From the NCBI GenBank assembly GCA_951406725.2, contig OX597833.1, positions 2,666,001 to 2,730,000 on the forward strand: 64,000 nucleotides of DNA, in the 5' to 3' direction. The notes under the pieces are model-generated. The model saw only the letters and a program-made list of their open reading frames with translations. It made no database searches and had not been told where the DNA came from. Positions 1 to 14,894 of the stretch are shown here, in pieces (position 1 is the stretch's first letter; each line of letters begins with the position of its first letter). Made by a program: the position numbers and the translations under genes. The stretch is from Octopus vulgaris (lineage: Eukaryota).

Positions 1-216
1 CCGAACTGCTAAGTTACATAGACGTAAACGCAACAACTTCGGTTCTCAAGTAGTGGTGGTGGTGGTGGTCGTCGTCGTCGTGGCGGTGGTGGTGGTGGTG
101 GTGGTGGTGGTGGTGGTGGCGATGGTAGTAGCACACACAAATATATATATGTATGTGTGCCACGACACACAAATATATATATACACAAATATATATATAC
201 ACAAATATATACCGAT

Positions 217-247
<31 letters not shown>

Positions 248-819
248 CACATATATATATATATACACACACAAATATATACATACACACACACACACAC
301 ACACGTATATATATGCGACAGGCTTCTTTCAGTTTCCGTTTACCGAGTCCACTAACAAGGCTTTGGTCGGCTCGAATCTATATTAGAAGACACTTGGCCA
401 AGGTGCCACGCAGTTGGACTGAACACGGAACGACAAGATTGGGAAGCAAGCTTCTTACCACACAACTTCGTATGCGGTTGATAAAATTTATAAAAAAAAA
501 ACAATAACGTACATTTATTGCAAATATGCAAATGAAAAGTTGCTTAATGTAATTTAAAGTTAATAAAAATTTCTGTGTTGCAAATGAATATTGATGTCGT
601 CATTTTCTCTAAGCACCAAGAAATGAGTTGAAACGCAAAATATAATTATTTTAAGTCTGCCATATTTTTTGATATTCAGCATGATAGCAAGCTTACTTAT
701 TACACAACTCACCCAGACACATGACGATTAAAACTAGTATATATATATATAGTCACCAAATCTAGTATATATATACAGTCACAAAAACTAGTATATATAA
801 ATATAGTTACAAAAACAAG

Positions 820-876
<57 letters not shown>

Positions 877-924
877 ACCAAAACTAATAATAAATAACGT
901 CATATAACAGGTAATGAAAACTGT

Positions 925-1468
925 TACACACACATACATACACATATACATACATACATACATACATACATACACACACAAATACATACATACATACACA
1001 CATACATACATACATACATACATACACACATACATACACACATACATACACACATACGTACACACATACATACATACATACATACATTCATACATACATA
1101 CATACATACATACATGCATACACACATACATACATACATACACACATACATACATACATACACACATACATACATACATACACACATACATACATACATA
1201 CATACATACACACATACATACACACACACACATACATACATACATACATACATACACACATACACACATACATACATACACACACACACATACATACATA
1301 CACACATACATACATACACACATACACACATACATACATACACACATACATACATACATACATACATACATACATACATAATACATACATTCATACATAT
1401 ATACATACATACATAATACATACATACATACATACATACATACATACATACATACATACATACATACA
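925..1468 (+). repeat. (CATA)n/(CA)n microsatellite
   Basis: Direct reading; one of many TA/CA/GATA/AAT tracts (e.g. 39510-40470, 56875-57105). Confidence 0.95.
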
Positions 1469-1991
1469 TTGTTTTATTCACGAAAATTCTCGAGGATCTC
1501 CGCGAACTAAAGGAAACTGTTTTCCAGATTTGAGGCGAAAACCCTTTTCCCTGTGATCGGCTTGAAAATTTTTTTAAGACACTAGGATGTTTTCCTGCTT
1601 TTCTTAACATGAAACCAATGGTAGCCTTAACATGAAACCAATGGTAGCCACAAATAAAGAAATTATATCCACCAATGTGGCGTTGAGCACTCATTTTCAT
1701 CGTTCGACATTTACGTATGTATATGTGTATGTGTTTGTGTGAGTGTGTTAAATTAAAATTATTGCAATTAATCTATTATTCTTTTAACGGTTTTTAATAT
1801 TTGTAGGACTGTGGCCATGCTGGAGTACAGCCTTTATTTATTTTCTTTCACATCCTGATAATAACCAAGTTAGTGACAGAATATTTCCAAATCAACCCGT
1901 CATATGATGGTCAACACTCCAGTCGTTACATAACCTGGTGGAATAGTTCAAACAGCCATGATTTAATATCATATTCTTCAGGCCATGAAAC

Positions 1992-2340
1992 GCAGCGAAA
2001 AGCAGCGATAAGCAGCGATAAGCAACGAAAAGCAGCGATAAGCAGCGAAAAGCAGCGTAAAGCAGCGATAAAGCAGCGATAAGCAGCGATAAGCAGCGAT
2101 AAGCATTGTTAAGCAGCGATAAGCAGCGATAAGCAGCGATAAGCAGCGATAAGCAGCGAAAAGCAGTGATAAACAGCGAAGAGCCGCGATAAGCAGCGAA
2201 AAGCAGCAATAAGCAGCGATAAGCAGCGAAAAGCAGCGAAAAGCAGCGATAAGCAGCGAAAAGCAGCGAAAAGCAGCGAAAAGCAGCGATAAGCAGCGAT
2301 AAGCAGCGATAAGCAGCGAAAAGCAGCGAAAGACAGCAAA
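1992..2340 (+). repeat. 10-bp minisatellite (AAGCAGCGAW)n
   Basis: About 35 tandem units. Confidence 0.95.
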
Positions 2341-3107
2341 CGGTTTCAAACTGTTAGAATCACTGGAGTGTCAGGAAAATGTTTTACAATATTTGTTCTG
2401 GTCCTTTACGTTGTGAGTTCGAAACCCACCGAGATTCACTTTGCCTTTCGTCCTTTCAGGATCGACAAATCAAAGTATCTGTCAAATACTGAGATTAGCG
2501 TAATCCACTTAACCATTCTCATCAGAAATTTTGACTTAAAGCTAAATTTTGAAACTTTAGTTTCCGAGTTCAAATCCCGTTGATATCTACTTTGCTTTTT
2601 CATCCTTTCAGGGTCAATAAATTAAGGTGCCAGTCATAGTACTGGTGCCAATGCTTCCACAAAGCCCCTCCCCTCGAAATCGTTGTCGCAACATCAAAAT
2701 CAGAAACAGAAAAGGACGATGAACAAACAAAATTATTAAGAGTGTCGGAAGAAACGTTCCGTAGTGTTTCTTCCAACCTTTTACTTTCTGAGTTCGAACC
2801 CCACTGAGGTCAACATTGACTTTCCTCCCGCCTAATAAAGTACCGGTTTTGTGTTTGGGTAGATGGTATCGATTCATTCCCCCCTCCCCTCAAAATTACT
2901 CACTTTTTGCCATAAACACGGGAAAGAAATTTGCTTAGGGATTGCAAATTCCTGTCCAAAATTTTTACAAAGTTTGGAAAAAGTTTGTAAAATTTGAGGG
3001 GGCTGCTCTTGCACCTACTACATTCTAGTCCCTGGGCCAAGGCATTTACCTAAATTTGAAACCAGTGCATACAAACATAAATTTGCTTCAAATTTCATAT
3101 TCCTTCA

Positions 3108-3525
3108 AGAGCGGCGAGATGGCAGAATCGTTAGCATGCCGGGCGAAATGCGTAGCCGTATTTCGTCTGCCGTTACGTTCTGGGTTCAAATTCCGCCGAG
3201 GTCGACTTTGCCCTTCATCCTTTCGGGGTCGATAAATTAAGTACCAATTACGCACTGGTGTCGATCTAATCGACTTAATCCGTTTGTCTGTCCGTGTTTG
3301 TCTCCTCTGTGTTTAGCCCCTTGCTGGTAGTAAAGAAATAGGTATTTTGTCTGCCGTTACGTTCTGAGTTCAAATTCCGCCGAGGTCGACTTTGCCTTTC
3401 ATCCTTTTGGGGTCGATAAATTAAGTACCAGTTACGCACTGGGGTCGATCTAATCGACTTAATCCGTTTGTCTGTCCTTGTTTGTCCCCTCTGTGTTTAG
3501 CCCCTTGTGGGTAGTAAAGATACAA
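3108..3525 (+). mobile_element. SINE family B (Meta-domain-like), tandem dimer
   Basis: gtcgactttgcctttcatcctttcggggtcgataaattaagtacc core. Other copies at 8860, 14305, 30827, 38050, 49731, 55775, 56430, 61466. Confidence 0.8.
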
Positions 3526-4511
3526 ATATACCTTCTGTCTTTACGTTCTGAGATCGAATTCCACCGACGTTAACTTTTCCTTTCTTCCTTTCGGAATTAA
3601 TAAATTATCAGTAGAACGCTGAGGTCGACGTAATCGACTACTCCTACTTCGGAATTACTGGCCTAGGGCTAAAATATAAAACCAATATACGCAAACACAA
3701 GTTTGCTGTTAATTTTGTTCCATCTTCCATTCTTTTTAAAAGCGATTGCGTTACATCTTTTTAGCTTCTGTCATAGATTTCGTATTTTTTCTAGTTTTGT
3801 ACCAACTCTTTTCAAATTTGATTATACCGATTTAGCTTCGTAAAAAAATTATGAAAATGAATATCATTTCTGACATAAATGAATAAATAAATAGTTAATA
3901 GCTTTTAAATTTTCCGAATTTTTGGATAATTTTAGTCAGTCGAAAGCCACCATTATACAAACATGACCGTAAATGTCACATTGGTGTCTGTTTCCATAGT
4001 AACAAGTAAACCTGTAGTCTGATACCTTCACCATCTCTACAACCACCACAAGTTTTAGTGAGCGATATCATTTTGTGTTTGTGGTATTTATGTTTGTTAT
4101 TTTGTGGCAGACAGCTATAACATAGAAAATGCCGGCCTCCGAATCTCTGATGGAACTAAAGATGATCAAAACTTTGAAAATTTGTAACATTTTTCTAAAT
4201 ATTTCTGGTAATTAATGAATTCCAAATTCGTATTCTGCATGATAAATTATATTAATATGCCAAATTCAAAAATTTACACTTACTTTTTGAATTTCTCTAT
4301 CTGTGACAGAAACCGAAAGTTTTCGAGAAATGGGGTATCTTAATAATGGGTATAACTTTCAAGACGTTCCTGTCCAATATTCAAAACCCCATATCATTCC
4401 AGGATTGCAAAATGGTAATTATTGGGAAGCCAGATGTCTTATGGAGAGTTCAGAATAATGGATAAAGGGGAGATAACTGATTTATTCATCTGTGAGATTA
4501 TTTCCAATGAC

Positions 4512-4595
<84 letters not shown>

Positions 4596-4886
4596 TGTTC
4601 CTTCTCGAGCCACACCTGGCTCATAAGGGCCGGTTTCCTTGGTGTATAGGTTCCCCACCTGGACGGGACGCCGGTCCGTCGCAGGTGAGCTGCAAGATGC
4701 AGGAGGAAAGAGTGAAAGAAAGTTGTGGCGAAAGAGTCAGCAGAAGTTCGCGATTACCTTATGCCGGAGCTGCGTGAAGCATAGGTGTTTTGCTCGTAAA
4801 CACACACTTCATCCGGTCTGAGATTCGAACTCGCGATCCCTCGACCGCGAATCTGCTGCTCTTACCACTAGGCCATGTGCCTCCGC

Positions 4887-4976
<90 letters not shown>

Positions 4977-5514
4977 GTAGGTAGGTAGGTAGGTAGGTAG
5001 GTAGGTAGGTAGGTAGGTAGGTAGGTAGGTAGTTTAAATCATTACCCAGGATAAGGACCTAACATTTTGTTGAGGCATTTGAGGGAACCAAGGAACTATT
5101 CTAACTCCAAGTCGGAGATATTGTGTAAATGTTGCTACGAACGAAAATTTATTCTCGATTCATGATCATTGACATACACACACACAAAGACACACACACA
5201 CACGCACACACACACACACACACACAAGTGAACCATCAGCAGGATTTGAATACAGAAAATGAACGGGAACAAATTGCAGATAGAATTTGGTTCGATGCTC
5301 AAACGAGCAGCCGATGCCCCGCCGTCCTATTATGGCTTTTAATTACAAACAATGGTTTAGTCCATCTACATGAGGCCACGTACTTGTGGGATGGGGAGGG
5401 GGAACGAATAAGACAATTTCAATCGAATTCAGTACTTGTCTGATAGATTCTTCGACTCAAGAGACACAAAGTCGGCTTCTGCATCATCTGAATTCATGTT
5501 AATGATAATAATGG

Positions 5515-5616
<102 letters not shown>

Positions 5617-6054
5617 TGTATGTATGTATGTATGTATGTATGTATGTGTGTGTGTGTGTATGTATATATGTATATGTATGTATTAATAGATATAGATATA
5701 TATATATTCATATATGTATAAATAGATAAGATAAAACTATATATATATTTATTTATATTTATGTGTGTTTAATTGTATGTACATATATATGTGGGTGTGT
5801 ATATAAATATATGCACACATTCAGGCAAATACACGCACACAGATACATACACATCGATATCTATATACTCATAATGTAAATCACAACAATAATTGCATAC
5901 ATATGTGTGCACGTGTGTGTATATATATATATCTCTTATGATTATATATATATATATGAACATGCATACATACATATATTTTCATTTGTCTTGAATGCCA
6001 CACACATAAACACGAAAACACATAGATATGTATCTGTACGTCTATAAATTATGC

Positions 6055-6160
<106 letters not shown>

Positions 6161-6629
6161 TACATATATATACATATAAAAACTTAAGACAGACCAGGAG
6201 AGATGGCGGTAGTGGTGGGGATCGGTTTATTAGTAAATCTGTTTTAAACTATTTGCAAATGCCTTAGCCTTCATCTATCTCAACTCAATTTAGCGCTTGG
6301 CTAAATTATATATCTTCAATATCATTCTCGTTCTAACCAAGCGACAAGTCAATTTGCCAAATCGTTATCAAACTTACTACAAGCCAGAAGCTGTTAAATA
6401 CATCACAGATATTTTCAATGTTGATCGCATCACTTTTTCGTCCGAGTGCTTTGGTAGTTATATACACACAGAGGCATCAACGCACGCATACACTCACATA
6501 CACACACACACACACATACACATATGTGTGTGTGTTTGTGTGTGCATGTGTGAAGGAGCGTGGCTCAGCGTTTTAGGTGTTGCACTCATCAATGTAATTA
6601 AGATTGTGGTTTCGATTCTTCGATCCGTC

Positions 6630-6660
<31 letters not shown>

Positions 6661-6805
6661 TAGCATCCATCCTTAAGGGTTAGCCACATTTAAGTGGCAA
6701 ATATACTTCACGATGTGGTGCAGCTACTGTTTATACCTCGCTCAGAGATTTATTATTGGTTGTTTCCACTTTTTCGAGATTAGTGACTTTTCGTCACTGG
6801 AAAAA

Positions 6806-6870
<65 letters not shown>

Positions 6871-6930
6871 AAAATATATATATAAAAACGGAAAATACGC
6901 ACACTTACATGGTTATAGTATAATTTTTAA

Positions 6931-6967
6931 TGTATCGACCGGTTTCGCAATCGCTATTCATGATACA
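6931..6967 (-). ncRNA. Minimal type-I hammerhead motif, A3-U8 core variant
   Basis: tgtatc-ATGAATA-GC gatt GC-GAAAC CG GTC-gataca. Confidence 0.6.
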
Positions 6968-7171
6968 ATGTTTAATTTATATGAGAATATATTTTTTCTT
7001 AAGAAAATGGGTCCATGTTGTTTATAATGAGATTCACGAGTGAATGATTTTACAAGTTGACAAGTAAAGGGAGGAAATTGGTTGTTATTATTGTTATTGT
7101 TGTCTGTAAGGGAGATAACTGTTTAGGTTTTGGGTGGGGAGATTATGTGTACAGAAAGGAGACAGGTTTAA

Positions 7172-7220
<49 letters not shown>

Positions 7221-7257
7221 CATTGAGAACTACTTCCCATCGCCAACCGGTGGTTGT

Positions 7258-7302
7258 CACACGCTGATGACGGGTCAATACCCAGAAACTCGGGTCCATG
7301 TG
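7258..7302 (+). ncRNA. Minimal type-I hammerhead motif
   Basis: cacacg-CTGATGA-cGGGT caat ACCCa-GAAAC TCGG GTC-catgtg. Confidence 0.7.
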
Positions 7303-7468
7303 TATCACGTCAGGCTGGAGATGGGAATGATGACTTCCCTTTGCAAATACTGATAGGATACAGAAAGTGTGTCAACAGCCAGCTGGATGAGATGTCTTCC
7401 TGGGGCTACAATCTACAGTAGCAGCAACCCATAACGGTTAACCACATTTAGGTGGCAAATATACTTCA

Positions 7469-7507
<39 letters not shown>

Positions 7508-7663
7508 TATATAATTATAAAAAAACTGATTATAATTACGGGCGCCGGAATGCCAGCACCTATACGCTAGAAGTAGATATCAAATACCTACAATCCACTG
7601 TCTATTTATAATCCCAGGTTGAATGGGAGGTAATGCGCAAGAAGATTTACAAAATTTCGGATA

Positions 7664-7725
7664 ATCTTGTATCTTAAGATTTCCTGCTCTGTATTAAAGA
7701 TTACTTTGCAATCTTCAGTTGAGAT
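7664..7725 (-). ncRNA. Degraded hammerhead motif
   Basis: CTGAAGA-TTGC...GCAG-GAAA TCTTAAGA TA; palindromic stem III; stem I disrupted. Confidence 0.4.
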
Positions 7726-7838
7726 GTACCGACAAGTATATAAACGAAAAATTCATATACATACCGATAAATCTATTCGTACAGATACCAATATATACTT
7801 GCATATCCCGTGTATACATACATTCTACTCGCCCCCTC

Positions 7839-7907
<69 letters not shown>

Positions 7908-8139
7908 GAATGTATGTATGTATGTATTATGTATGTGTGTATGCATGTATGTATGTATGTATGTATGTATGTATGTATGTATGCATGTGTGTGTATAATA
8001 GTCAATAGATGGAATTTATAAATATTTTAATGCACTGCTACGCGTGTTTCCACAAATCACGTGTTTCTTACGATCTTATTCCATATTCCAGGGACAGTTA
8101 CAGTACAATCCGTGATATTCATTTCACTTGCAGAACGAG

Positions 8140-8520
8140 AGAAGGTAATATTACATGTAACTGTAGACTGCAAAATGAATGCTCTTTTAATAAGAACTGC
8201 ATGGTAAACAACGTGGTTTACATATGTAAAGTGAAGACGAGTGCACAAAAATGTGTGCAATGGTGGAACCTGAGAGACCATGAAAAATCGTTTGCAGAAC
8301 CATCTTGTGTTATTTTCCAATGAAAATAAAAGGCACTGCACATCGTTATCTAACCTCATCTGGAGGCTCAAGCAAAATGGAGTAGAGGATATAGCCAACT
8401 GGTTTTTAATTTGAAAAAAAAACGCTAGACCATACGATAAAACATTGACAGTGAGTAACTTATGCTAAGAGGAAAACATGGAGATCATTGCATCAAGGCA
8501 TCCTTCTTAGAATTCGAACA
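8140..8520 (+). pseudogene. Penelope-like retroelement GIY-YIG endonuclease remnant
   Basis: TCNCRLQNECSFNKNCMVNNVVYICKV, then frameshifted T*ETMKNRLQNH...KRHCTSLSNLIWRLK; matches the CNC..C..C..VVY / K.R..NH / T.LS..IW.LK pattern of PLE endonucleases. Confidence 0.72.
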
Positions 8521-9695
8521 GAGCATTACGAAACAGAGAAATGCCAAACGTCATTAGCATCAAACGGAACAAGAGAAGAACATAAATGAACTAAACAAAA
8601 AAGACCAATATTTTCCTATTGTAGCAACAGAAGTAGTTAAAAGGACCCTTTAAGATCATCATTTGTCATCTCTGACAGTGAACTTCATTGCTCCCTGAAC
8701 TTACAACATCGGAATTCATCGAGGGAATGCCTGCTGCAACTGAGGTCAAACTATATTACCTACCCCTACATCTTCACAAACAAATATCAAAACAAGTCTA
8801 GCCTCACCACACACTCACCTCTCTCCTCTATAATGACCATTCTTTTCTCTCCGCCGAGAGTTCAAATTCCGCCGAGGTCGACTTTGCCTTTCATCCTTTC
8901 GAGGACGACAAATTAAGTACCAGTTGTGTACTGGGGTCGATCTCATCGACTGGACACCCCCACCAGAATTTTCAGGCCTTGTGCCTAGAGTAGAAAAGAA
9001 TATATATTTAATACGCTATGCGCATTTATATTTACACTTATTCCGCTGTTAGTTATATTACTTCATACTTCGTACATTCCACCATATTCCACACTCTTAC
9101 CTTTTATATTCATCCTACTGACAGTTATCATGTATTCAACTGTCGCCTCTTCACACCAGATGCATTTGTTTCTTGATTTATTCAGAACAAAAAAAGAAAC
9201 AGAAATAATTTGAAATCTCAGACTGAAAATTCGGAAGGCCGATTGTTGGTGCTGCTTCATGTCTGTTCAAGAAATATAGTTCTTCAACAGCTTTTGCAGT
9301 GAACGTGAATAATAATGATGCTTCTTATATACAATTGTAACTTTTGCACAGAAAGTATTCTAACTCCCTTGTTTTTGCATAAATTAAACCTGTTGTCCCT
9401 CGAAAAATCTTTAGAAGATGTATGTAACGTATTTGTAAGACCATGAAACCATGTGTAAGTATGTATCTATTTTTGGAGTTTTGTGTACATACACATGGAA
9501 AATATTTGTGAAATCATGTGGAGCATTTTACTGTATAAAATAACAGAAGGTAGAATAACGAGTAACTCATATAATATTTAGGGGTCGTAAATGTAGTTTA
9601 CTTATTTTCCTGTTATTTTGGCATGTCTATTAACATCCTCATAATCTCATTAGCAACTTCCATCGTGTATATTTTTCAACAATAGCACCGTCGTT

Positions 9696-9773
9696 ACTCG
9701 CAGCTCAGATACTCTAGTATATATATATACTAGAGTATCTGAGCTGCGAGTATATACTAGAGTATCTGAGCTG
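9696..9773. repeat. Short palindrome around a TA core, with partial duplication
   Basis: actcgcagctcagatactctagta(TA)n tactagagtatctgagctgcgagt, followed by another tactagagtatctgagctg. Confidence 0.85.
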
Positions 9774-10117
9774 GTCGGTCATATATATATATCACTGTGA
9801 CCGACCAGGCTGTCAGATGTTGCTACACCTCCCTGGTCACAATGCGCTTCGCATTGTTTTAGCCTTCAAATGACGCCACCCCGCTGGCTAAGCGAGCAGA
9901 AGAAAGAGTGAGAGAAAGTTGTGGGGAAAGAGTACAGCAGGGATCGCCACCAACCGGAGCCTCGTGGAGCCTTAGGTGTTTTCGCTCAATAAACACTCAC
10001 AACACCCGGTCTGGGAATCGAAACCGCGATCCTACGACCGCGAGTCCGGTGTCCTAACCACTGGGCCATATATATATATATTGCTGCTTTTTTCTTGTGT
10101 GTATATATATATGTATA

Positions 10118-10170
<53 letters not shown>

Positions 10171-10635
10171 GTATATATATATATATTTGTATATATATAC
10201 ATATATATATATACGTGAGTGTGTGTGTGTGTATGTTATATTTAGGAAGAATCGTAATTAATAACGTTTCTAAACACACTCACCGGTTGTTGCGTGTCTA
10301 TACTTCACTTCTTTTTCTTCTGCTCAAGATGTTGAAATTTCTTAATGTCCTCAAGACTATTTTTCACTACCTCTGCAAAGAGGCTTTTTAAGCAGGTCTA
10401 CATGCCAAAGTATTTCGTTCTTAATAGATTTTACTATTGTAACATTACTCCAACAGATATATGAGTTAATGAAGTTTGTGTTTATACTCTGTGACTTCTT
10501 TTGTAGTAACTAATGTTAGAAGATATACGTGCGCGCACTCGACTTTTTTTTGCGAGTGTGTTGGTTGGTTGGTTGGTTGGTTGGTTGGTTTGATTCAGTT
10601 GTATTTCAATAGTAAAAGCATAATTAAAGTCACTC

Positions 10636-10716
<81 letters not shown>

Positions 10717-10775
10717 GGGTTGATGTGCATGTGTATATATCTCCAAGCACACACATAAAAATCTACTAACTACAA

Positions 10776-10810
<35 letters not shown>

Positions 10811-10867
10811 CATACATATATATATATATATATGCATATTTATATATGTACATATATATATATATAC

Positions 10868-10920
<53 letters not shown>

Positions 10921-11021
10921 ATCTATATTTTGCATGAAATTACGTAACCATATATACACATGCACACATTCGCATATAAATGTATGAATGTGCATCTTAT
11001 ACATGTATATATGTATGTATG

Positions 11022-11060
<39 letters not shown>

Positions 11061-12074
11061 TATATGCAAGTATACATGTGTATGTATGTATATATATATA
11101 TACATATATAATACGTATAAGTATATAATATATAATATATATGCATACATATACATACATATATACATATATAATATAATATATACACATACATATATAC
11201 TTTACAAACATATATATATATATCTTATCTACCACAACCACATCGACATCGAGAGAACCACCGAGAACACACTTCAATGGCAGCTGGTAAGAAAGTCTGA
11301 ACTAACATGAAAAAAAAACCTAATTAATACTAGTACAATATTGTTGCATAATTAAAAAAAAAACGGGCGCCATTACTTCTTCCACTATCTTCTGCGCCAT
11401 TTTCAGAAGTCTTTGAAATCTTGATGTGTAAACGTGGAAGACTTCCTGTAGATTAAGAAAATGAATGGAACGGGTATTGAACGGGTATTGAACGGGTATT
11501 GTTTATTGGTGGTATTGGTTCGTTAGTGTGCAGAGACAGGCTTGAAAGATTAAATATAAAAGAAATATAGAGAAGGAATCGTACTTCTTAACCATGGAAA
11601 GAAAAAAAAACGTCGAGTAGAATAGGTGGTGGTTATTTGTGCTGGAAATAGCAGCTAAATATCTGTCGAATAGTACAGTGGCGTCTTGGGAAAGGAAGGG
11701 ATTTGTTATGGAGTGTAAAGGATTTTGTTATAGAGAAATGCGATGTCTCCTACCAGAAGAACGAGATAGTCATGGCGGGATTGCCCTGGATTGATCAAAG
11801 CTGTGTTTAGTAGACTTGTAGCTTACTCAGGGCTGGCTTCTGGCTACACAATGGCAAGAGTAACTGGATAAAACCTGAGAATACCCCTCTCTCTGTCTCT
11901 CTCTCTCTCACTCGCAAACACACAGTGGAATCTGGGCAACCAGCGTGCATGTTCTCATATGCATGATCACGCAGTAAACAATATATTTATACGTATGACA
12001 CTCTTACACTTGCAATGCGCGTACCTGCACCAGCTGGCAAAGCAATGTACTTCTATCTTCTTCCTCTAACCAAA

Positions 12075-12372
12075 CTTATATTCACTTTCAGTTGCTTCTC
12101 TTTTCTGGTGATATTTACAAAGAGCAAAGTCGCAATGGGGACTAAGATGGACCCAAATTATGCAAGCCTCTTTAGATGCGTCAATAAGTCTCAGATTTTG
12201 GTGCACCTTACTACATTCACCCCCTACCTGTACAGTACGATATTGATGCCTGCATTGCAACTAATATACTTACAAGACAGCACGTGGGTAACTTCACATC
12301 TCAATTCGTTTCACCCTTCCTAGACCTCACCTCCACTGTCTCTGACGTCTCCCTCGGCTTCTTAGATATAGC
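12075..12372 (+). pseudogene. Penelope-like reverse transcriptase core remnant
   Basis: FTFSCFSF..VAMGTKMDPNYASLF, degenerate RYIDD (cgatattgatgcc), NSFHPS-LTSTVSDVSLGFLDI; frameshifted. Confidence 0.75.
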
Positions 12373-12639
12373 GCAATTTACGCTATTCTCTGACACCTTT
12401 CCATAAGAGGAAATAGAATTCGTATCAGGACTGAAACGCAAAACAATGTCATGATTGAAAGGGAAAAGGAAGCGCTTTTTGTCTTTGAAGAGGGAAGAGT
12501 GCTACGAAAAAAGAACACGAATGCCTCTGAGACTACACTGGCGAGAAAAGTTTCAGTGTTACGAAGATAATGAAAGTCTCAGGGCGATAAAGTTGAAGTT
12601 ATAAAAAGACACGAACGCAGAGACAGCAAGACCCAAAAA

Positions 12640-12970
12640 TTTGACAAGACACAGGAATGACGGAAGCAACGGAGCGAAAAATTATAGAAGAAATAGTAAA
12701 CTATAAGGAAAATGGATAAAACTACATCAAATTCAGGTGCAAAATCAACGACGAATATAAGAAATTTTCGCGATTGGAATGAGACGTCTTTTGTCTTTGT
12801 AAAAGTGAATTCCCATAAGCATCGTGGCTATTAGAATGAAAGACTTGGATATCTTTGCGGTGATTGTAGATAACGGAAAAAGACATGAAATTCCAGCCGG
12901 AACTGAAGAAACTCTTACTGTCAGTTCTGGTTGGTTTGGCAATTTCTTAATTCCGAACCGAAATTTACAA
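12640..12970 (+). mobile_element. pogo/Tigger-like transposase HTH remnant
   Basis: [12 protein letters not shown] resembles the CENP-B/Tigger S.GWF..F motif; degenerate. Confidence 0.4.
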
Positions 12971-13040
12971 ATTCACAATGATCGTACTTTATATGATACC
13001 ACAAAAGTATCCATATCTGTCTGTATCTGTACACACACAC

Positions 13041-13182
<142 letters not shown>

Positions 13183-13230
13183 ATGTATATATATATATAT
13201 ACATATATACATACATATATATATATATAA

Positions 13231-13300
<70 letters not shown>

Positions 13301-13869
13301 CATAAAAATGTGTGTATGTCTATATGCATGTATTATATATGTATGCATGTATGTATGCATGTATGTATGCATGCATGTATGTATGTATGTATGTATGTAT
13401 GTATGTATGTATGTATGTATGTATGTATGTATGTATGTATGTATGTATGTATGTATGTTAAAGATAGCAGATGCACAAGATTTTTAGATTTTATATACTT
13501 TCAAAAATAGGATCGTTTCCTTTTTCTTTTTTTTTTTATTATTTTCAAAATATAATAGAAAGCAAAATAGCTATTGATCTTTTCTTACCGGTTTCAATTT
13601 TGATTCGATTTTCTCAAGGCCACTGAATCTTTTATCAACTGCCTTTCAATATTTTTACGTAATTTCGAAGGTAACACAAAATTAAATCAAGACTACTGAA
13701 ACATCGTTTCTTCGACCATAATGAAGTCGTAGTTCTGATTGCAAAAACTTTAGTATCAAGGGACGTTATCAAGTCATTCGGGGGACGGAATGAACTAAAG
13801 CAAAATGCACTGAATTTCTTGGCAAATTCTGGGGTCTTTTGTTTATTCATTGTTTGTCTGCTGTTGGAT

Positions 13870-14830
13870 CGCTACACCGATAAAACTAAAAAATAGGAAA
13901 ACTTCAGCATGGTTTGACACCTATTATTATCAGTATGTTGACATATTTGGTAATTTTTCTTGTGTATACCTCCCGAATATGTTGACAGTGTACGTCATTC
14001 GTGTGCCAGAGCCTCCGGCCTCTTTGACCAATGTAATGTTCTCAGTAAGCTTTGCATGTTAAAAGTTTCGTTAAAATTTCGGTACGGCACGTCAAGTAAT
14101 AATTATAAAAATAATTCTTTCTTTAAAATACAAATCAGTACCTGCTAATAAATAATTACCTTCTGCACGTTTCCGCCCGTTACATTTTCTAACTCCTGCA
14201 TCAGTCGTTTTCCAATGCAGTCTTGCGACAATCACAGACATTTTGAAATAATTTTGCTTGTCTTTACTTTAATGATTGGTTGTTTCCCAATGATAATTTT
14301 TCATTACGTTCTGAATTCAAAAATCCGCAGAGGACGACTTTGCCTTTCATCCTTTCGGGATCGATAAATTAAGTACCAGTTGCGTACTGGGGTCGATCTA
14401 ATCAACTGGTCCCCTCACCAAAAATTTCGGGACTTGTACCGTACCTAGAATAGAAAAGAAAAGAATGATATTTCTTCATGTTTTGATCTCAAAATAAATA
14501 AAGATAAGTTCCGATAAATGTTTGCAAAAACTTCGTTCTTTAGTTGAAGATTTGAAATGTACGGTATAACCTTTTTTCCCCCATTTCATTTGTTGTTGTT
14601 TTTTTAGTTTCTAAATGTCAGCTTGTTTCGTTTTTTGGTTTCCATTATTGATTAAACTGAAAGAGTATTTCTTCTAATAAACAATTCTTTCATTGCCTGG
14701 CGTCGGTTTTGCTGAATGATTCGAGACTATTGAGTAAATTCGTTTCGCTGCGTTTTATGGAACGTTAACTCGAATATATTTCGTGTGACTTGATGTAAAT
14801 AATAGGTATTGTTTTCGATCTGTACATTTA
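13870..14830 (-). pseudogene. Penelope-like RT C-terminus, Cys linker and GIY-YIG remnant, interrupted by a SINE at 14305-14460
   Basis: KQYLLFTSSHTKYIRVNVP*NAAKRIYSIVS ... RQAK ... VRKCNGRKRAEGNYLL ... LTC..EHYIGQRGRRL..VHCQHIR; stops and frameshifts. Confidence 0.72.
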
Positions 14831-14855
14831 AAGATATATAAATATATATATATAC

Positions 14856-14892
<37 letters not shown>

Positions 14893-14894
<2 letters not shown>

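Noticed and set aside
9-1700. Long ORFs rich in YI/CV/HT dipeptides (also near 10840, 12824, 39463)
   Set aside because: Translations of TA/CA/CATA microsatellites; no coding signal.
1992-2340. CRISPR-like array
   Set aside because: Contiguous 10-bp units with no unique spacers, no cas genes, eukaryotic context.
13695-13780. Possible U3-A8 hammerhead (TTGATAA...GAAACGATGTT, minus) downstream of the PLE remnant
   Set aside because: The position is suggestive, but stems I and II do not pair convincingly.
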